A stretch of DNA of 64,000 bases from an uncultured Pelagibacteraceae bacterium (GTDB lineage Bacteria > Pseudomonadota > Alphaproteobacteria > Pelagibacterales > Pelagibacteraceae): contig CACGJS010000002.1 in NCBI GenBank assembly GCA_902573385.1, forward strand, positions 17,393 to 81,392, given 5' to 3'. Both the position numbers and the translations under genes were made by a program. Of this stretch, positions 48,176 through 58,839 are shown one piece after another. Below the pieces are notes generated by a model, which saw only the letters and a list, made by a program, of their open reading frames with translations, had not been told where the DNA came from and did not search any database. Within the stretch, counting starts at the first letter, position 1, and every line of letters begins with the position of its first letter.

Positions 48176-49560
48176 ATCGTTTTACCATCTTTATTTTCTA
48201 ATATTATACCAATATCTTGTAATTCTTTTCTAATTCTGTCTGACTCATTATAATCTTTATTTTTCCTAGCTATATCCATTAATTTAACTTTTTCATTAAT
48301 ATCTTTAGATTCAATTTTAGCACATTTAAATTTAAAATATTCCCAATCTTCTTTAGACTCAACTAGTATGCCAATAAAATTACATGCTGATATAAAAATT
48401 TCTTTATCTTTTTCATTTCCTTTTAAAGTTTTATCAAACAATTTATGAAGATTAGTAATATAGCCAGGTGTATTTAAATCATCATAAAGTGGTTCTAGAA
48501 TTTCGTCAGGAATTTTAACTTTTTTATTTAAAAGTTTTTTTCCAACTGAATTTGCAGATAAATAATCTTTATTATCTACTCCATCATACCATTTTTGAAT
48601 AGTATTTTGACAATCTTGAAATAGTTTTTTATTCCAATCTAATGGTTGTTTATAATGAGTACTCATTAGAGCTAGCCTCAAAACTTGACCAGCTCCTAGT
48701 TTTTTTACATCTTTAATAGATAAAATATTTCCTTGAGACTTTGCCATTTTTTCATTGGACATGGTAATAAATCCATTGTGTACCCAATAATTTGCAAATG
48801 ATTTTGTATCGTTGGTACATCTAGATTGTGCTATTTCATTTTCATGATGAGGAAAAATTAAATCTATGCCACCACCATGAATATCAAATTGATTTCCTAA
48901 ATATTTTTTTGACATTGCAGAACATTCTAAATGCCAACCAGGTCTACCTTTCCCCCATGGTGAGTCCCAATAAGGCTCACTTCCTACTGAAGGTTTCCAC
49001 AATACAAAGTCTTCAGGATTTTTTTTATCTTCTGAAACTTCTATTCTCGAACCAGCTATTAATTCATCTAAATTTTTATTTGACAATTTTCCATAATCTT
49101 TAAATTTCTTTACCTCAAAATAAACATGTTTTTTATTTTCATATGCATATTTTTTATTAATAAGTTCAGAAATCATATTAATCATTTCATTAATATGGTC
49201 TGTTGCTTTTGGTTCTTCGTTAGGCACTTCTAAGTTTAAATAATAACAATCATCTTTGAAGTCTTTAATAACCTTGCTTGTTAAATCTTGAATAGAAATT
49301 TTATTGTCATTTGCTGATTTTATTATTTTATCATCAACATCAGTTATATTTCTTACATAATTAACAGCACTTTTTTCATATTTGCATTTTAAAACCTTAA
49401 ACAAGACATCAAAAATAACTAAAGGTCTTGCATTACCAATATGTGGATTGTCATATACAGTAGGTCCACAAACATACATTCTAATATTTTTTGGATCTAT
49501 AGGAACAAATTTTTCTTTTTTGTTGCTGAGGTTATTTGTTAAAAAAATATCTTTATTCAT
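48160..49560 (-). CDS. cysS: Cysteinyl-tRNA synthetase
   Basis: CGPTVY, HIGN, GRPGWHLEC, KMAKS. Confidence 0.97.
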   Translation of the reverse strand: MNKDIFLTNNLSNKKEKFVPIDPKNIRMYVCGPTVYDNPHIGNARPLVIFDVLFKVLKCKYEKSAVNYVRNITDVDDKIIKSANDNKISIQDLTSKVIKDFKDDCYYLNLEVPNEEPKATDHINEMINMISELINKKYAYENKKHVYFEVKKFKDYGKLSNKNLDELIAGSRIEVSEDKKNPEDFVLWKPSVGSEPYWDSPWGKGRPGWHLECSAMSKKYLGNQFDIHGGGIDLIFPHHENEIAQSRCTNDTKSFANYWVHNGFITMSNEKMAKSQGNILSIKDVKKLGAGQVLRLALMSTHYKQPLDWNKKLFQDCQNTIQKWYDGVDNKDYLSANSVGKKLLNKKVKIPDEILEPLYDDLNTPGYITNLHKLFDKTLKGNEKDKEIFISACNFIGILVESKEDWEYFKFKCAKIESKDINEKVKLMDIARKNKDYNESDRIRKELQDIGIILENKDGKTIWKLK

Positions 49561-49605
49561 AATTTTAGAAATATACTTTATTTTTAGTTTTGTGAATCTA
49601 ATTGA

Positions 49606-50361
49606 TTAAATAGGAATTTTGCATACTGGAATAGGCTCCATTTTATGCAAATTTTGTTTTCTAATTTTTTCATACTCTTTCCTATGAGGTGAATTTGGAT
49701 TTTTCATTGCATCTTCCAATTGCTCATATTTAAAACCAAGCTGACCTTCATCAGTTCGACCATCATCCCAAAGTCCATCAGTTGGAGGTGCTTCAATAAT
49801 TTCTTTTAATATTCCTAACTCTTTTCCTAATTCCCAAACTACAGTTTTGTTACAGTCAGCAATTGGTGAAATATCCACTCCTCCATCACCATATTTTGTG
49901 TAAAAACCTACACCAAAATCTTCAACTTTATTTCCAGTGCCTACAACTATCCCTTTATTTGATGATGCTACTTGATAAAGAGTAGTCATTCTTAATCTTG
50001 CTCTAGAGTTTGCAAATCCATGTTCATTATCAAATTTATTAAGTGTTGAAGAAAATGAATTAAATAATTCATCTAAACTAATTGTGTGAGCCTCTACATT
50101 TTTAAATTTCTTAAGCAACCAATTTTGATGTTTTAAACTTAAATCATGTTGTGACGATTTTTGTTTAATTGGCATTGATAATACGATTGTTTTTAATCCT
50201 GTCATTGCACTTAAAGTGCTTGAAACAGATGAATCTATTCCGCCTGATATACCAATAACTAAAGATTGAGCTTGAATTGGCATTGTTTCAACATAATTTT
50301 TTATCCAATTGCTTATAAATTTTATTTTTTCAGATGTTTTCATATTATTGAACTTAAACAA
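49606..50361 (-). CDS. nadE: NH3-dependent NAD synthetase
   Basis: SGGIDS, ARLRM, FYTKYGDGG. Confidence 0.95.
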   Translation of the reverse strand: MFKFNNMKTSEKIKFISNWIKNYVETMPIQAQSLVIGISGGIDSSVSSTLSAMTGLKTIVLSMPIKQKSSQHDLSLKHQNWLLKKFKNVEAHTISLDELFNSFSSTLNKFDNEHGFANSRARLRMTTLYQVASSNKGIVVGTGNKVEDFGVGFYTKYGDGGVDISPIADCNKTVVWELGKELGILKEIIEAPPTDGLWDDGRTDEGQLGFKYEQLEDAMKNPNSPHRKEYEKIRKQNLHKMEPIPVCKIPI

Positions 50362-50382
50362 AATTGTATTTAATACAATTAA

Positions 50383-51768
50383 TTAAGATGCCGCTTTAAT
50401 ATTATTTTTTGAATATCCAGAATTTTTTTTAATCTCATCGGAAATTAAAAATGCTAATTCTAGTGCCTGATTAGCATTTAATCTAGGATCACAGTGCGTA
50501 TGATATCTTGAAGATAAATCTTTATCAGAGATTTTTTGAGCACCTCCTGTACATTCAGTTACATTTTGACCTGTTAATTCGATATGTAATCCTCCCGCAT
50601 AACTTCCCTCACTTTGATGACAAGCAAATACATTTTTAACTTCACTTAACACACTATTGAAAGGTCTAGTTTTAAATCCAGTGGTTGCTTTAATTGTATT
50701 TCCATGACAAGGATCACATGACCAAATAACATTAAGACCTTCTTTTCTGATTGCTCTAATTAATTTTGGCAAATGTTTAGATACATTTTCGTGACCAAAC
50801 CTTGAAATCAGTGTAATCTTACCCTTTTCATTTGTGGGGTTAATCTTGTTACACAAATTAATAAGATCATCTGCTTTTAAAGTTGGACCACACTTAATAC
50901 CTATAGGGTTTTCTATTCCTCTACAAAATTCAACATGACCTCCATCAAGCTGCCTTGTTCTATCTCCAATCCAAACAAAATGTGCAGAGGTATCATGGTT
51001 TTCTCCTGTGGTTGAGTCTGTTCTTGTCATTGACTCTTCAAATGGTAGCAATAGTGCTTCATGAGAAGTCCAAAAGTTTACTGTCTTCAGTCTTCTATTG
51101 AAGTCTGAATTAATTCCACATGCATCCATAAAAGCTAAGGCATCTGCTATTCTATCCTCTAATTCTTTAAATCTTTTTGCTTCAGGACTTTTTTTAATAA
51201 AACCTAAATTCCATGTATGAACATTTTTTAAATCTGCAAAACCACCATGACAAAATGCTCTAACTAAATTTAAAGTAGCAGCTGATTGAGAATAAGCTTT
51301 AAATAATCTTTTTGGATCAGGAATTCTCGCTTTTTCACTGAACTCTATTCCATTTATGTTGTCTCCTAAATAACTTGGTAACTCTACTCCCTCTTTTGTT
51401 TCTGTTGGTGCGCTTCTTGGTTTTGAAAATTGTCCTGCAATTCTTCCTAGCTTAACAACAGGTAACGATGCAGAATAAGTAAGAACCAAAGACATTTGCA
51501 ACATCAATTTAAATGTATCTCGTATATTATCAGGATGAAATTCAGCAAAACTTTCTGCACAATCTCCACCTTGTAAAAGAAAAGCTTTACCATCAACAAC
51601 TTCTGAAAGTTGTTGTTTAAGATGTCTAGTTTCACCTGCAAAAACTAAAGGTGGAAAAGTTCTCATTTTATCTAAAACTTGATCCAACTCCTTTTTATCC
51701 GGATATTCTGGAATATGTTTAACAGGATATTTTCTCCAACTATTTATTTTCCAATTTTTCATGTTCAA
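50383..51768 (-). CDS. Class II DAHP synthase
   Basis: LLQGGDCAE, RIAGQFSKPRS, CDPRLN. Confidence 0.95.
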   Translation of the reverse strand: MNMKNWKINSWRKYPVKHIPEYPDKKELDQVLDKMRTFPPLVFAGETRHLKQQLSEVVDGKAFLLQGGDCAESFAEFHPDNIRDTFKLMLQMSLVLTYSASLPVVKLGRIAGQFSKPRSAPTETKEGVELPSYLGDNINGIEFSEKARIPDPKRLFKAYSQSAATLNLVRAFCHGGFADLKNVHTWNLGFIKKSPEAKRFKELEDRIADALAFMDACGINSDFNRRLKTVNFWTSHEALLLPFEESMTRTDSTTGENHDTSAHFVWIGDRTRQLDGGHVEFCRGIENPIGIKCGPTLKADDLINLCNKINPTNEKGKITLISRFGHENVSKHLPKLIRAIRKEGLNVIWSCDPCHGNTIKATTGFKTRPFNSVLSEVKNVFACHQSEGSYAGGLHIELTGQNVTECTGGAQKISDKDLSSRYHTHCDPRLNANQALELAFLISDEIKKNSGYSKNNIKAAS

Positions 51769-51797
51769 CCTAGGATTGTTGTATCAGAGTTTTTTTA

Positions 51798-53618
51798 TTA
51801 TTCAACGGTTACAGATTTAGCTAAATTTCTAGGTTTATCTATGTCAAAACCTTTTTTTAAAGCAGAATAATATGCAAGTTTTTGTAATGGTATAGTTAAA
51901 AGAAAAGGTAAAAGATCTTGATTAGTACTTTCAACCTCAACTGTTTCCCATATATTTTCAGACACGACTTCATCATTACTTTTGTTTGTTATTAACAAAA
52001 CTTTAGCACCCCTCGCAATAACTTCCTGCATATTAGAAATAGTTTTTTTATAATAATTATCTCTTGGTGCTAAAACAACTACAGGCATACCCTCTTCAAT
52101 TAAAGCTAATGGTCCATGTTTCATTTCACCCGCTGGATAACCTTCGGCATGAATATATGATAATTCTTTTAATTTTAATGCACCCTCTAAAGCTATTGGA
52201 TAAGAAAAACCTCTACCCAAAAACATAGATCCTTTTGCTTCATTAAATGTATTAGATATATTTTGTATCTTATTGTCTGTTAATAAAGTTTGTTTAACTA
52301 ATTTTGGTAGTTCTTTTAAATCTTTAACTTTTTTAGATAATTCTTTTTTTTCTATATCACCTCTTAATAATCCCATTTTTAAAGCTAAAATATACAATAT
52401 AAGAATTTGTCCTGAAAAAGCTTTTGTAGAGGCAACTCCAATTTCAGTGCCACAATGAATCGGTAAAACAAACTCTGAATCTCTTGCTATAGAGCTTTCT
52501 ATAACGTTTACAATTGCACAAGTTTTCATGCCATTTTTATTACATAAATCTAATGCAGCATAAGTATCTGCTGTTTCACCAGACTGAGAAACAAAAACGT
52601 ATAAAGCATCTTTTTTAAATCTATTTTTTCTGTATCTAAATTCTGATGCAATATCTACGCTTACATCTAAAGAAGTTACTTCTTCAAACCAATATTTAGC
52701 CATTAAACATGAGTGATACGCTGTACCACAACCAATTAAAGTAATTGAAGAAATCTCATTATCTTTCCAGGGCATATTGTAAATATTGATATCATTGTTT
52801 TTATTGTCTACATATTCTTTAATTCCATTTTTAAGAGTGATTGGCTGTTCCTCAATTTCTTTAGCCATAAAATGTTTATAATCTCCTTTATCATATCTTT
52901 CATCTTCACTTGATAATTCTAAAACTTTTTTATTAATTTTGGCTCCAACTTCATTAAAGAATTCGATGTGATCTTTTTTAATCACACAAAATTCTCCATC
53001 ATCTAAATAAGTGATTTTATTTGTCATTGATTTAAGCGCATATGAGTCTGAGCCTAAGTAGTTTTCATTTGGACCATAACCAACAGCTAAGGGTGAGCCT
53101 CTTCTAGCTCCCACAATTAAATCTGGTTCATCTTTAAATATAATTCCAAGCGCAAAACTTCCATTAAGAGCTTTTAAAGTATTTTTAATTGAATTAACTA
53201 TATTTTCTGTTTTTAAATGTTCTGTAATCAAATGAACAATCACTTCAGTATCTGTTTGGGATTTAAACTTATGGCCTTTGCTGATTAAAAATTTTTTTAA
53301 CAAAGTAGAATTTTCAATTATTCCATTATGTACAACAGATACGTTTTGTGATGAATGAGGATGCGCATTAATCCTATTCGGTAATCCATGTGTTGCCCAT
53401 CTAACATGTCCAATGCCAATAGTACCTTCCATACTTTGTACTAAAGAATTTTTTTCAAGATTGTCTACCCTACCTTCTGATTTAATTTCATTAATTGAAC
53501 CACTTGAAAGAGTTGCTATTCCTGCTGAGTCATAACCTCTATACTCTAACTTTTTTAACGAATTAATGATTGTTGCTGAAACTGGTTTATTACTATTAAT
53601 ACCTATAATTCCACACAT
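51798..53618 (-). CDS. glmS: Glutamine-fructose-6-phosphate transaminase
   Basis: MCGI, HVRWATHG, PRNLAKSVTVE. Confidence 0.98.
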   Translation of the reverse strand: MCGIIGINSNKPVSATIINSLKKLEYRGYDSAGIATLSSGSINEIKSEGRVDNLEKNSLVQSMEGTIGIGHVRWATHGLPNRINAHPHSSQNVSVVHNGIIENSTLLKKFLISKGHKFKSQTDTEVIVHLITEHLKTENIVNSIKNTLKALNGSFALGIIFKDEPDLIVGARRGSPLAVGYGPNENYLGSDSYALKSMTNKITYLDDGEFCVIKKDHIEFFNEVGAKINKKVLELSSEDERYDKGDYKHFMAKEIEEQPITLKNGIKEYVDNKNNDINIYNMPWKDNEISSITLIGCGTAYHSCLMAKYWFEEVTSLDVSVDIASEFRYRKNRFKKDALYVFVSQSGETADTYAALDLCNKNGMKTCAIVNVIESSIARDSEFVLPIHCGTEIGVASTKAFSGQILILYILALKMGLLRGDIEKKELSKKVKDLKELPKLVKQTLLTDNKIQNISNTFNEAKGSMFLGRGFSYPIALEGALKLKELSYIHAEGYPAGEMKHGPLALIEEGMPVVVLAPRDNYYKKTISNMQEVIARGAKVLLITNKSNDEVVSENIWETVEVESTNQDLLPFLLTIPLQKLAYYSALKKGFDIDKPRNLAKSVTVE

Positions 53619-53620
53619 AA

Positions 53621-54244
53621 TTATTTTTGTTTTCTTTTATAATTTTTAACTTCAGTTTGTAAACTTCTAGTTAAAGCTAAAGATTTCTTTTTTACTGTTT
53701 TTGTTATTACAGAGCCAGCACCAACTACGCTACTTTCCTCAATTGTCAGAGGAGCTACTAAAGATGAGTTTGATCCAATAAATACATTATCTTTTATTTT
53801 TGTTTTATTCTTTTTAATACCATCGTAATTACACGTGATTGTACCAGCTCCTATATTAACTGATTTACCAATATCACTATCACCTATGTATGTCAGATGA
53901 TTTACTTTCGAATTTTTACCAATTATACTTTTTTTAATTTCAACAAAGTTACCAACTTTTGAACCTTCTTTTAAAATTGTACCAGGTCTTATTCTTGCAT
54001 AAGGACCAATATCAACTTTATTTTCAATTCTACAATTTTCAAGATGTGAAAAAGATTTTATAATTACATTGTTTCCAATTTTTACTTTTGGACCAAAAAC
54101 AACATATGGTTCAATGATTACATTTTTTCCTATTTTAGTATCCTTTGAAAAATAAATTGTCTCAGGCCCTACTATTTTTACACCCAACTTTAAAAACTTA
54201 TTTCTAAGTCTATTTTGTAATTTTTGTAATTTTAAATGTTTCAT
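53621..54244 (-). CDS. glmU: GlmU acetyltransferase domain only
   Basis: [31 protein letters not shown]; 207 aa; upstream of glmS. Confidence 0.88.
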   Translation of the reverse strand: MKHLKLQKLQNRLRNKFLKLGVKIVGPETIYFSKDTKIGKNVIIEPYVVFGPKVKIGNNVIIKSFSHLENCRIENKVDIGPYARIRPGTILKEGSKVGNFVEIKKSIIGKNSKVNHLTYIGDSDIGKSVNIGAGTITCNYDGIKKNKTKIKDNVFIGSNSSLVAPLTIEESSVVGAGSVITKTVKKKSLALTRSLQTEVKNYKRKQK

Positions 54245-54314
54245 CTAGGAAATTCTTTATATTAAGTATATACATTTCTTAATTCACAAAATATTTCTTT
54301 AAAATACTTTTAAA

Positions 54315-54998
54315 ATGAAACAAAAATTCACAATTCTTTTTGATTTAGATGGAACATTAGTTGATACGGCTCCTGATTTAATGCTAGCTCATAATTATGT
54401 AATGAAAAAATTTGGCTATCCTACAAAATCAACGGAGGATATTAGAAGTTTAGTTGGACAAGGAGCTGGAGCATTAATTGGCAGATCAATCTGGGGACAA
54501 GCTAAAAAAGAATTTAGCAGAGTTAAAGATGAAAACATCAAAGATGAAATGACAAAAGAATTTATAAACTTTTATGGGAAAAATATTCTTAATAAAAGTA
54601 CTTTAATTAATGGTGTAAAAAAATTTTTGATTTGGTGTAAAAAAGAAAATATATCAATGGCTGTTTGTACTAATAAAACTGAACATCTTGCTGTTGATCT
54701 TTTAAAAAAAATAGAAATTTATAATTTTTTTGAATATGTTGCTGGTCATAATACTTTTGAATATTGTAAACCTGACCCAAGACATCTTACCTCTATAATT
54801 GAAATATTAGATGGAGATATTAATAAATCTCTAATGATCGGTGACAGCGAGTCAGATGCTAATGCAGCAAAAAATGCTGGGATACCTATGATTCTATTAC
54901 AAGACGGCTATACTGAAAAAAATGTAAATCAAATATATCACAATCACTTAGTAAAAGACTTTGTTAATATCGAAAAAATTGTATTAAAATATCTTTAA
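54315..54998 (+). CDS. gph: Phosphoglycolate phosphatase (HAD)
   Basis: FDLDGTLVDTAPD, KPDP, GDS. Confidence 0.88.
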   Translation: MKQKFTILFDLDGTLVDTAPDLMLAHNYVMKKFGYPTKSTEDIRSLVGQGAGALIGRSIWGQAKKEFSRVKDENIKDEMTKEFINFYGKNILNKSTLINGVKKFLIWCKKENISMAVCTNKTEHLAVDLLKKIEIYNFFEYVAGHNTFEYCKPDPRHLTSIIEILDGDINKSLMIGDSESDANAAKNAGIPMILLQDGYTEKNVNQIYHNHLVKDFVNIEKIVLKYL

Positions 54999-55052
54999 GA
55001 TTGATTATTTTTTTTTTACTATTAAAAACTACTTCATGAATTTGGAGTTATT

Positions 55053-56555
55053 TTGATAATACATAAAGTAAAAGTTTACCAATCTAAAACATATCTTCCG
55101 AAAAAAAAACAACTTGCTTGGAAAATTGCAGAAATCGCAAGTGATAATACAAAATTAAATAATAAGGCTATTGATATGGTTATAAATAGAATTATTGATA
55201 ATGCTTCAGTTGCTATTGCGTCACTTAATAGAAAACCAGTTGTTTCCTCTAGAGAAATGGCTTTAAAACATTCTAGAAAAAATGGCGCTACCCTGTTCGG
55301 TGTTAATAATAAATTAAAGTTTGATTGTGAATGGGCTGCTTGGTCTAATGGTACCGCAGTAAGAGAGCTTGATTTTCATGATACTTTTTTAGCTGAAGAT
55401 TACAGTCATCCAGGAGATAATATTCCACCTCTAATAAGTGTTGCTCAACAAAATAAAAAAAGTGGTTTAGATCTTTTAAAAGGGATTGTTACTGCATATG
55501 AAGTTCAAGTTAATTTAGTTAAAGGAATTTGTCTCCATAAACACAAAGTAGATCACATTGCTCACTTAGGACCAAGTGTGGCAGCTGGACTTGGTACAAT
55601 GTTAAGATTAAATACTGAAACAATTTATCAAGCAGTACAACAAGCATTGCACACAACAATATCTACAAGACAATCTAGAAAAGGTGAAATTTCGAGTTGG
55701 AAAGCATACGCTCCAGCTCATGCTGGAAAGCTTGCAATTGAAGCTGTGGATAGAGTAATGCGTGGTGAAGGTGCACCAAGTCCAATTTATGAAGGAGAAG
55801 ATAGTGTTATAGCAAGAATTTTAGATGGAAATAAAGCATTATATAAAGTTCCGTTGCCTAAAAAAGGCGAAACTAAAAAAGCTATACTAGAAACGTATAC
55901 AAAAGAATATTCAGCTGAATATCAATCACAGGCCTTAATTGATCTAGCTAAAAAACTTAAAAAGAAAGTATCTAATTTAAATCAAATTAAAAAAATTGAT
56001 ATTTATACAAGTCATCATACTCATTATGTCATAGGTACCGGAGCGAATGACCCTCAAAAGATGGATCCTAATGCGAGTAGAGAAACTTTAGATCATTCTA
56101 TAATGTATATATTTGCTGTGGCTTTAGAAGATGGTAATTGGCATCATATAAAATCATACACAAAAGCCAGAGCTAGAAGAAAAAGTACTATTAAAATTTG
56201 GAGATCAATTAAGACTCATGAAGATAAAAAATGGACTAAAAAATACCATAATCCGAGCCCTAAGAAAAAATCATTTGGTGCTAGAGTGGTAATAACGCTA
56301 AAAAATGGAAAAAAAATAACTGAACAACAAGATAGAGCAGATGCTCATCCCTATGGTTCACGACCTTTTAAAAGACAAGATTATTTAAATAAATTTTTAG
56401 CTTTAACAGAAAATATTTTAAATAAAAAAGAAAGTGATAGGTTTTTAAAAACAGTACAAAAATTAAGAAAATTAAAATCAGGTCAATTATATAAATTAAA
56501 TATAGAAGTTAAAAAAAGCAAACTTAAAAGGAATCTAAAAAAAGGAATTTTTTAA
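55053..56555 (+). CDS. prpD: 2-methylcitrate dehydratase (MmgE/PrpD)
   Basis: [24 protein letters not shown]. Confidence 0.92.
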   Translation: MIIHKVKVYQSKTYLPKKKQLAWKIAEIASDNTKLNNKAIDMVINRIIDNASVAIASLNRKPVVSSREMALKHSRKNGATLFGVNNKLKFDCEWAAWSNGTAVRELDFHDTFLAEDYSHPGDNIPPLISVAQQNKKSGLDLLKGIVTAYEVQVNLVKGICLHKHKVDHIAHLGPSVAAGLGTMLRLNTETIYQAVQQALHTTISTRQSRKGEISSWKAYAPAHAGKLAIEAVDRVMRGEGAPSPIYEGEDSVIARILDGNKALYKVPLPKKGETKKAILETYTKEYSAEYQSQALIDLAKKLKKKVSNLNQIKKIDIYTSHHTHYVIGTGANDPQKMDPNASRETLDHSIMYIFAVALEDGNWHHIKSYTKARARRKSTIKIWRSIKTHEDKKWTKKYHNPSPKKKSFGARVVITLKNGKKITEQQDRADAHPYGSRPFKRQDYLNKFLALTENILNKKESDRFLKTVQKLRKLKSGQLYKLNIEVKKSKLKRNLKKGIF

Positions 56556-57451
56556 TGCACTTTGTAGAAAAAGAACCGGTTCAAAAAAGAGTAGATTTTT
56601 CTGAAAAATTAAAATCAAATAAAATATTAAGAGTGCCTGGTGCTTATAATCCCCTTACCGCTAAATTAATTGAGGAAATTGGTTATGATGCCGTTTATGT
56701 TTCAGGTGGTGTAATGGCTAATGATCTTGGGTTTCCTGACATCGGATTAACTACACTGCAAGATGTTAGTACAAGATCTTATTTAATCTCAAGAGTAACT
56801 AACCTTCCCACAATTGTTGATATTGATACAGGATTTAAATCTTGCAAAGAAACAATTGAAACTTTTGAAGAATTTGGAATTACAGGTGTACATCTAGAAG
56901 ATCAAATCGAAAGAAAAAGATGTGGGCACCTAGATAATAAAGAATTAATTACTACTGATGCTATGGTTAAAAAAATTAAAGAATGTGTATTGGCTAAAAA
57001 AGATGAAAACTTTAAAATAATTGCACGATCTGACGCAAGAAGTGTTGAAGGAATTGAAAAGATGATTGAGAGATGCAAAGCTTATGTTGATGCGGGAGCT
57101 GAAATAATATTTCCAGAGGCCCTACACGATGAAAAAGATTTTGAAAAAGTTAGAAAAGAACTTTCATGCTACTTGCTCGCGAACATGACTGAATTTGGAA
57201 AATCAAAATTATTCAACTACAAAGAGTTAGAAAAATTTGGTTATAATATTGTGATTTATCCAGTTACAACACAAAGATTAGCAATGAAAAACGTTGAAGA
57301 TGGATTAAGGGACATTTATGCAAATGGACATCAAAATAATATTATTGATAAAATGCAAACTAGAAAAAGATTATATGAATTAGTTGATTATGAAAAATAT
57401 AATAGCTTAGATGAAAAAATTTATAATTTTAGTACTAATGGACATGAATAA
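56555..57451 (+). CDS. prpB: 2-methylisocitrate lyase
   Basis: EDQ...KRCGH, LANMTEFGKS. Confidence 0.93.
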   Translation: MHFVEKEPVQKRVDFSEKLKSNKILRVPGAYNPLTAKLIEEIGYDAVYVSGGVMANDLGFPDIGLTTLQDVSTRSYLISRVTNLPTIVDIDTGFKSCKETIETFEEFGITGVHLEDQIERKRCGHLDNKELITTDAMVKKIKECVLAKKDENFKIIARSDARSVEGIEKMIERCKAYVDAGAEIIFPEALHDEKDFEKVRKELSCYLLANMTEFGKSKLFNYKELEKFGYNIVIYPVTTQRLAMKNVEDGLRDIYANGHQNNIIDKMQTRKRLYELVDYEKYNSLDEKIYNFSTNGHE

Positions 57452-58575
57452 TGAGTGATGAAATTAAAAAAGGCTTGCTAGGAATAGTGGTGGACGAAAC
57501 TGAAGTTTCAAAAGTAATGCCAGAAATTAATTCTCTTACTTATAGAGGTTATGCTGCTCAAGATTTATGTGCAAAATGTAAATTTGAAGAAGTTGCTTAC
57601 CTTATATTGAATGGAGAACTGCCAAATAAAAAACAATTAAAAGATTTTGAGAAACAAGAGAGAAAAGAAAGAAAACTTTCTAAAACTTTACTTGAAGATA
57701 TAAAAAAATTTCCAAAAAAAGCTCATCCTATGGATGTTGCTAGAACAGCCGTAAGCATTATGGGTCTTGAAGATAAAGAAACAAAAGATAATTCACTAAA
57801 AGCCAATTTACGAAAAGTAATGAGAATTTTTGCAAAAACGCCAGTAGCATTAGCCGCCTTTTATCGAGCTAGAAAAGGTAAAAAAATTATAGCACCAAAG
57901 AATAATCTCTCTTTTTCTGAGAACTTTTTTCATATGTGCTTTGGTAAAGTTCCAAATAAAGATATTGTAAAAGCATTTGATGTTTCTTTAATTTTATATG
58001 CTGAACATAGTTTTAATGTTTCTACTTTCACTGCAAGAACAATTACTAGTAGTTTGTCTGATATTCATGGTGCTATTACTGGTGCCATTGCTAGCTTAAA
58101 AGGTCCTTTACATGGTGGTGCTAACGAAGAAGTAATGCATATGATGAATAAAATAAAAAAACCAGAGAATGCATTTAAATGGATTAATAACGCATTAGAC
58201 AGTAAAGATGTTGTGATGGGATTTGGTCATAGAGTTTATAAAAGTGGAGACTCTAGGGTTCCTACCATGAGAGAATACTTTGGAAAAGTAGCTAAGATTA
58301 AAAAAGATAAAAAGTTTGAAAGAATCTATGACATAGTTGAAAAGGTAATGATTGAAAGAAAAAATATTCATCCAAACGTAGACTATCCTACTGGACCTAC
58401 TTATCATTTAATGGGTTTTGATACTGATTTCTTTACCCCAATTTTTGTTATTTCAAGAATTACAGGATGGTCAGCTCACATAATTGAACAACATGCTGCT
58501 AACAAATTAATTAGGCCTTTAGCAAGCTATAAAGGGAATAAACACAGAAAAGTTATTCAATTAAATCAAAGATAA
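57451..58575 (+). CDS. prpC: 2-methylcitrate synthase
   Basis: GPLHGGANE, MGFGHRVY, PNVD; in prp operon. Confidence 0.9.
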   Translation: MSDEIKKGLLGIVVDETEVSKVMPEINSLTYRGYAAQDLCAKCKFEEVAYLILNGELPNKKQLKDFEKQERKERKLSKTLLEDIKKFPKKAHPMDVARTAVSIMGLEDKETKDNSLKANLRKVMRIFAKTPVALAAFYRARKGKKIIAPKNNLSFSENFFHMCFGKVPNKDIVKAFDVSLILYAEHSFNVSTFTARTITSSLSDIHGAITGAIASLKGPLHGGANEEVMHMMNKIKKPENAFKWINNALDSKDVVMGFGHRVYKSGDSRVPTMREYFGKVAKIKKDKKFERIYDIVEKVMIERKNIHPNVDYPTGPTYHLMGFDTDFFTPIFVISRITGWSAHIIEQHAANKLIRPLASYKGNKHRKVIQLNQR

Positions 58576-58578
58576 ATT

Positions 58579-58827
58579 TTATTTAAGTGCTTCTTTTTTA
58601 AAAAGTGAAATTCCATCTTTTAGTTTATTTTTATATGACTCTTTAAAACTTTCTAACTGCCATCCAGTAAGTCTTTTTTGAATTTCTAGAAGATTTTGCT
58701 TTTTCCACAAATCTGTTGTTTTTTCATCTTTCCAAGTTTTTTTATCATTATTGCTTCTTCCACAACCATAACAATATCCTGTGACAGGGTCTACTTTACA
58801 AATACTAATACAAGGTGAAACAACCAT
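58579..58827 (-). CDS. DUF1289 family protein
   Basis: SPCISICK...CYGCGR. Confidence 0.8.
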   Translation of the reverse strand: MVVSPCISICKVDPVTGYCYGCGRSNNDKKTWKDEKTTDLWKKQNLLEIQKRLTGWQLESFKESYKNKLKDGISLFKKEALK

Positions 58828-58839
58828 ATAGGATGAATG

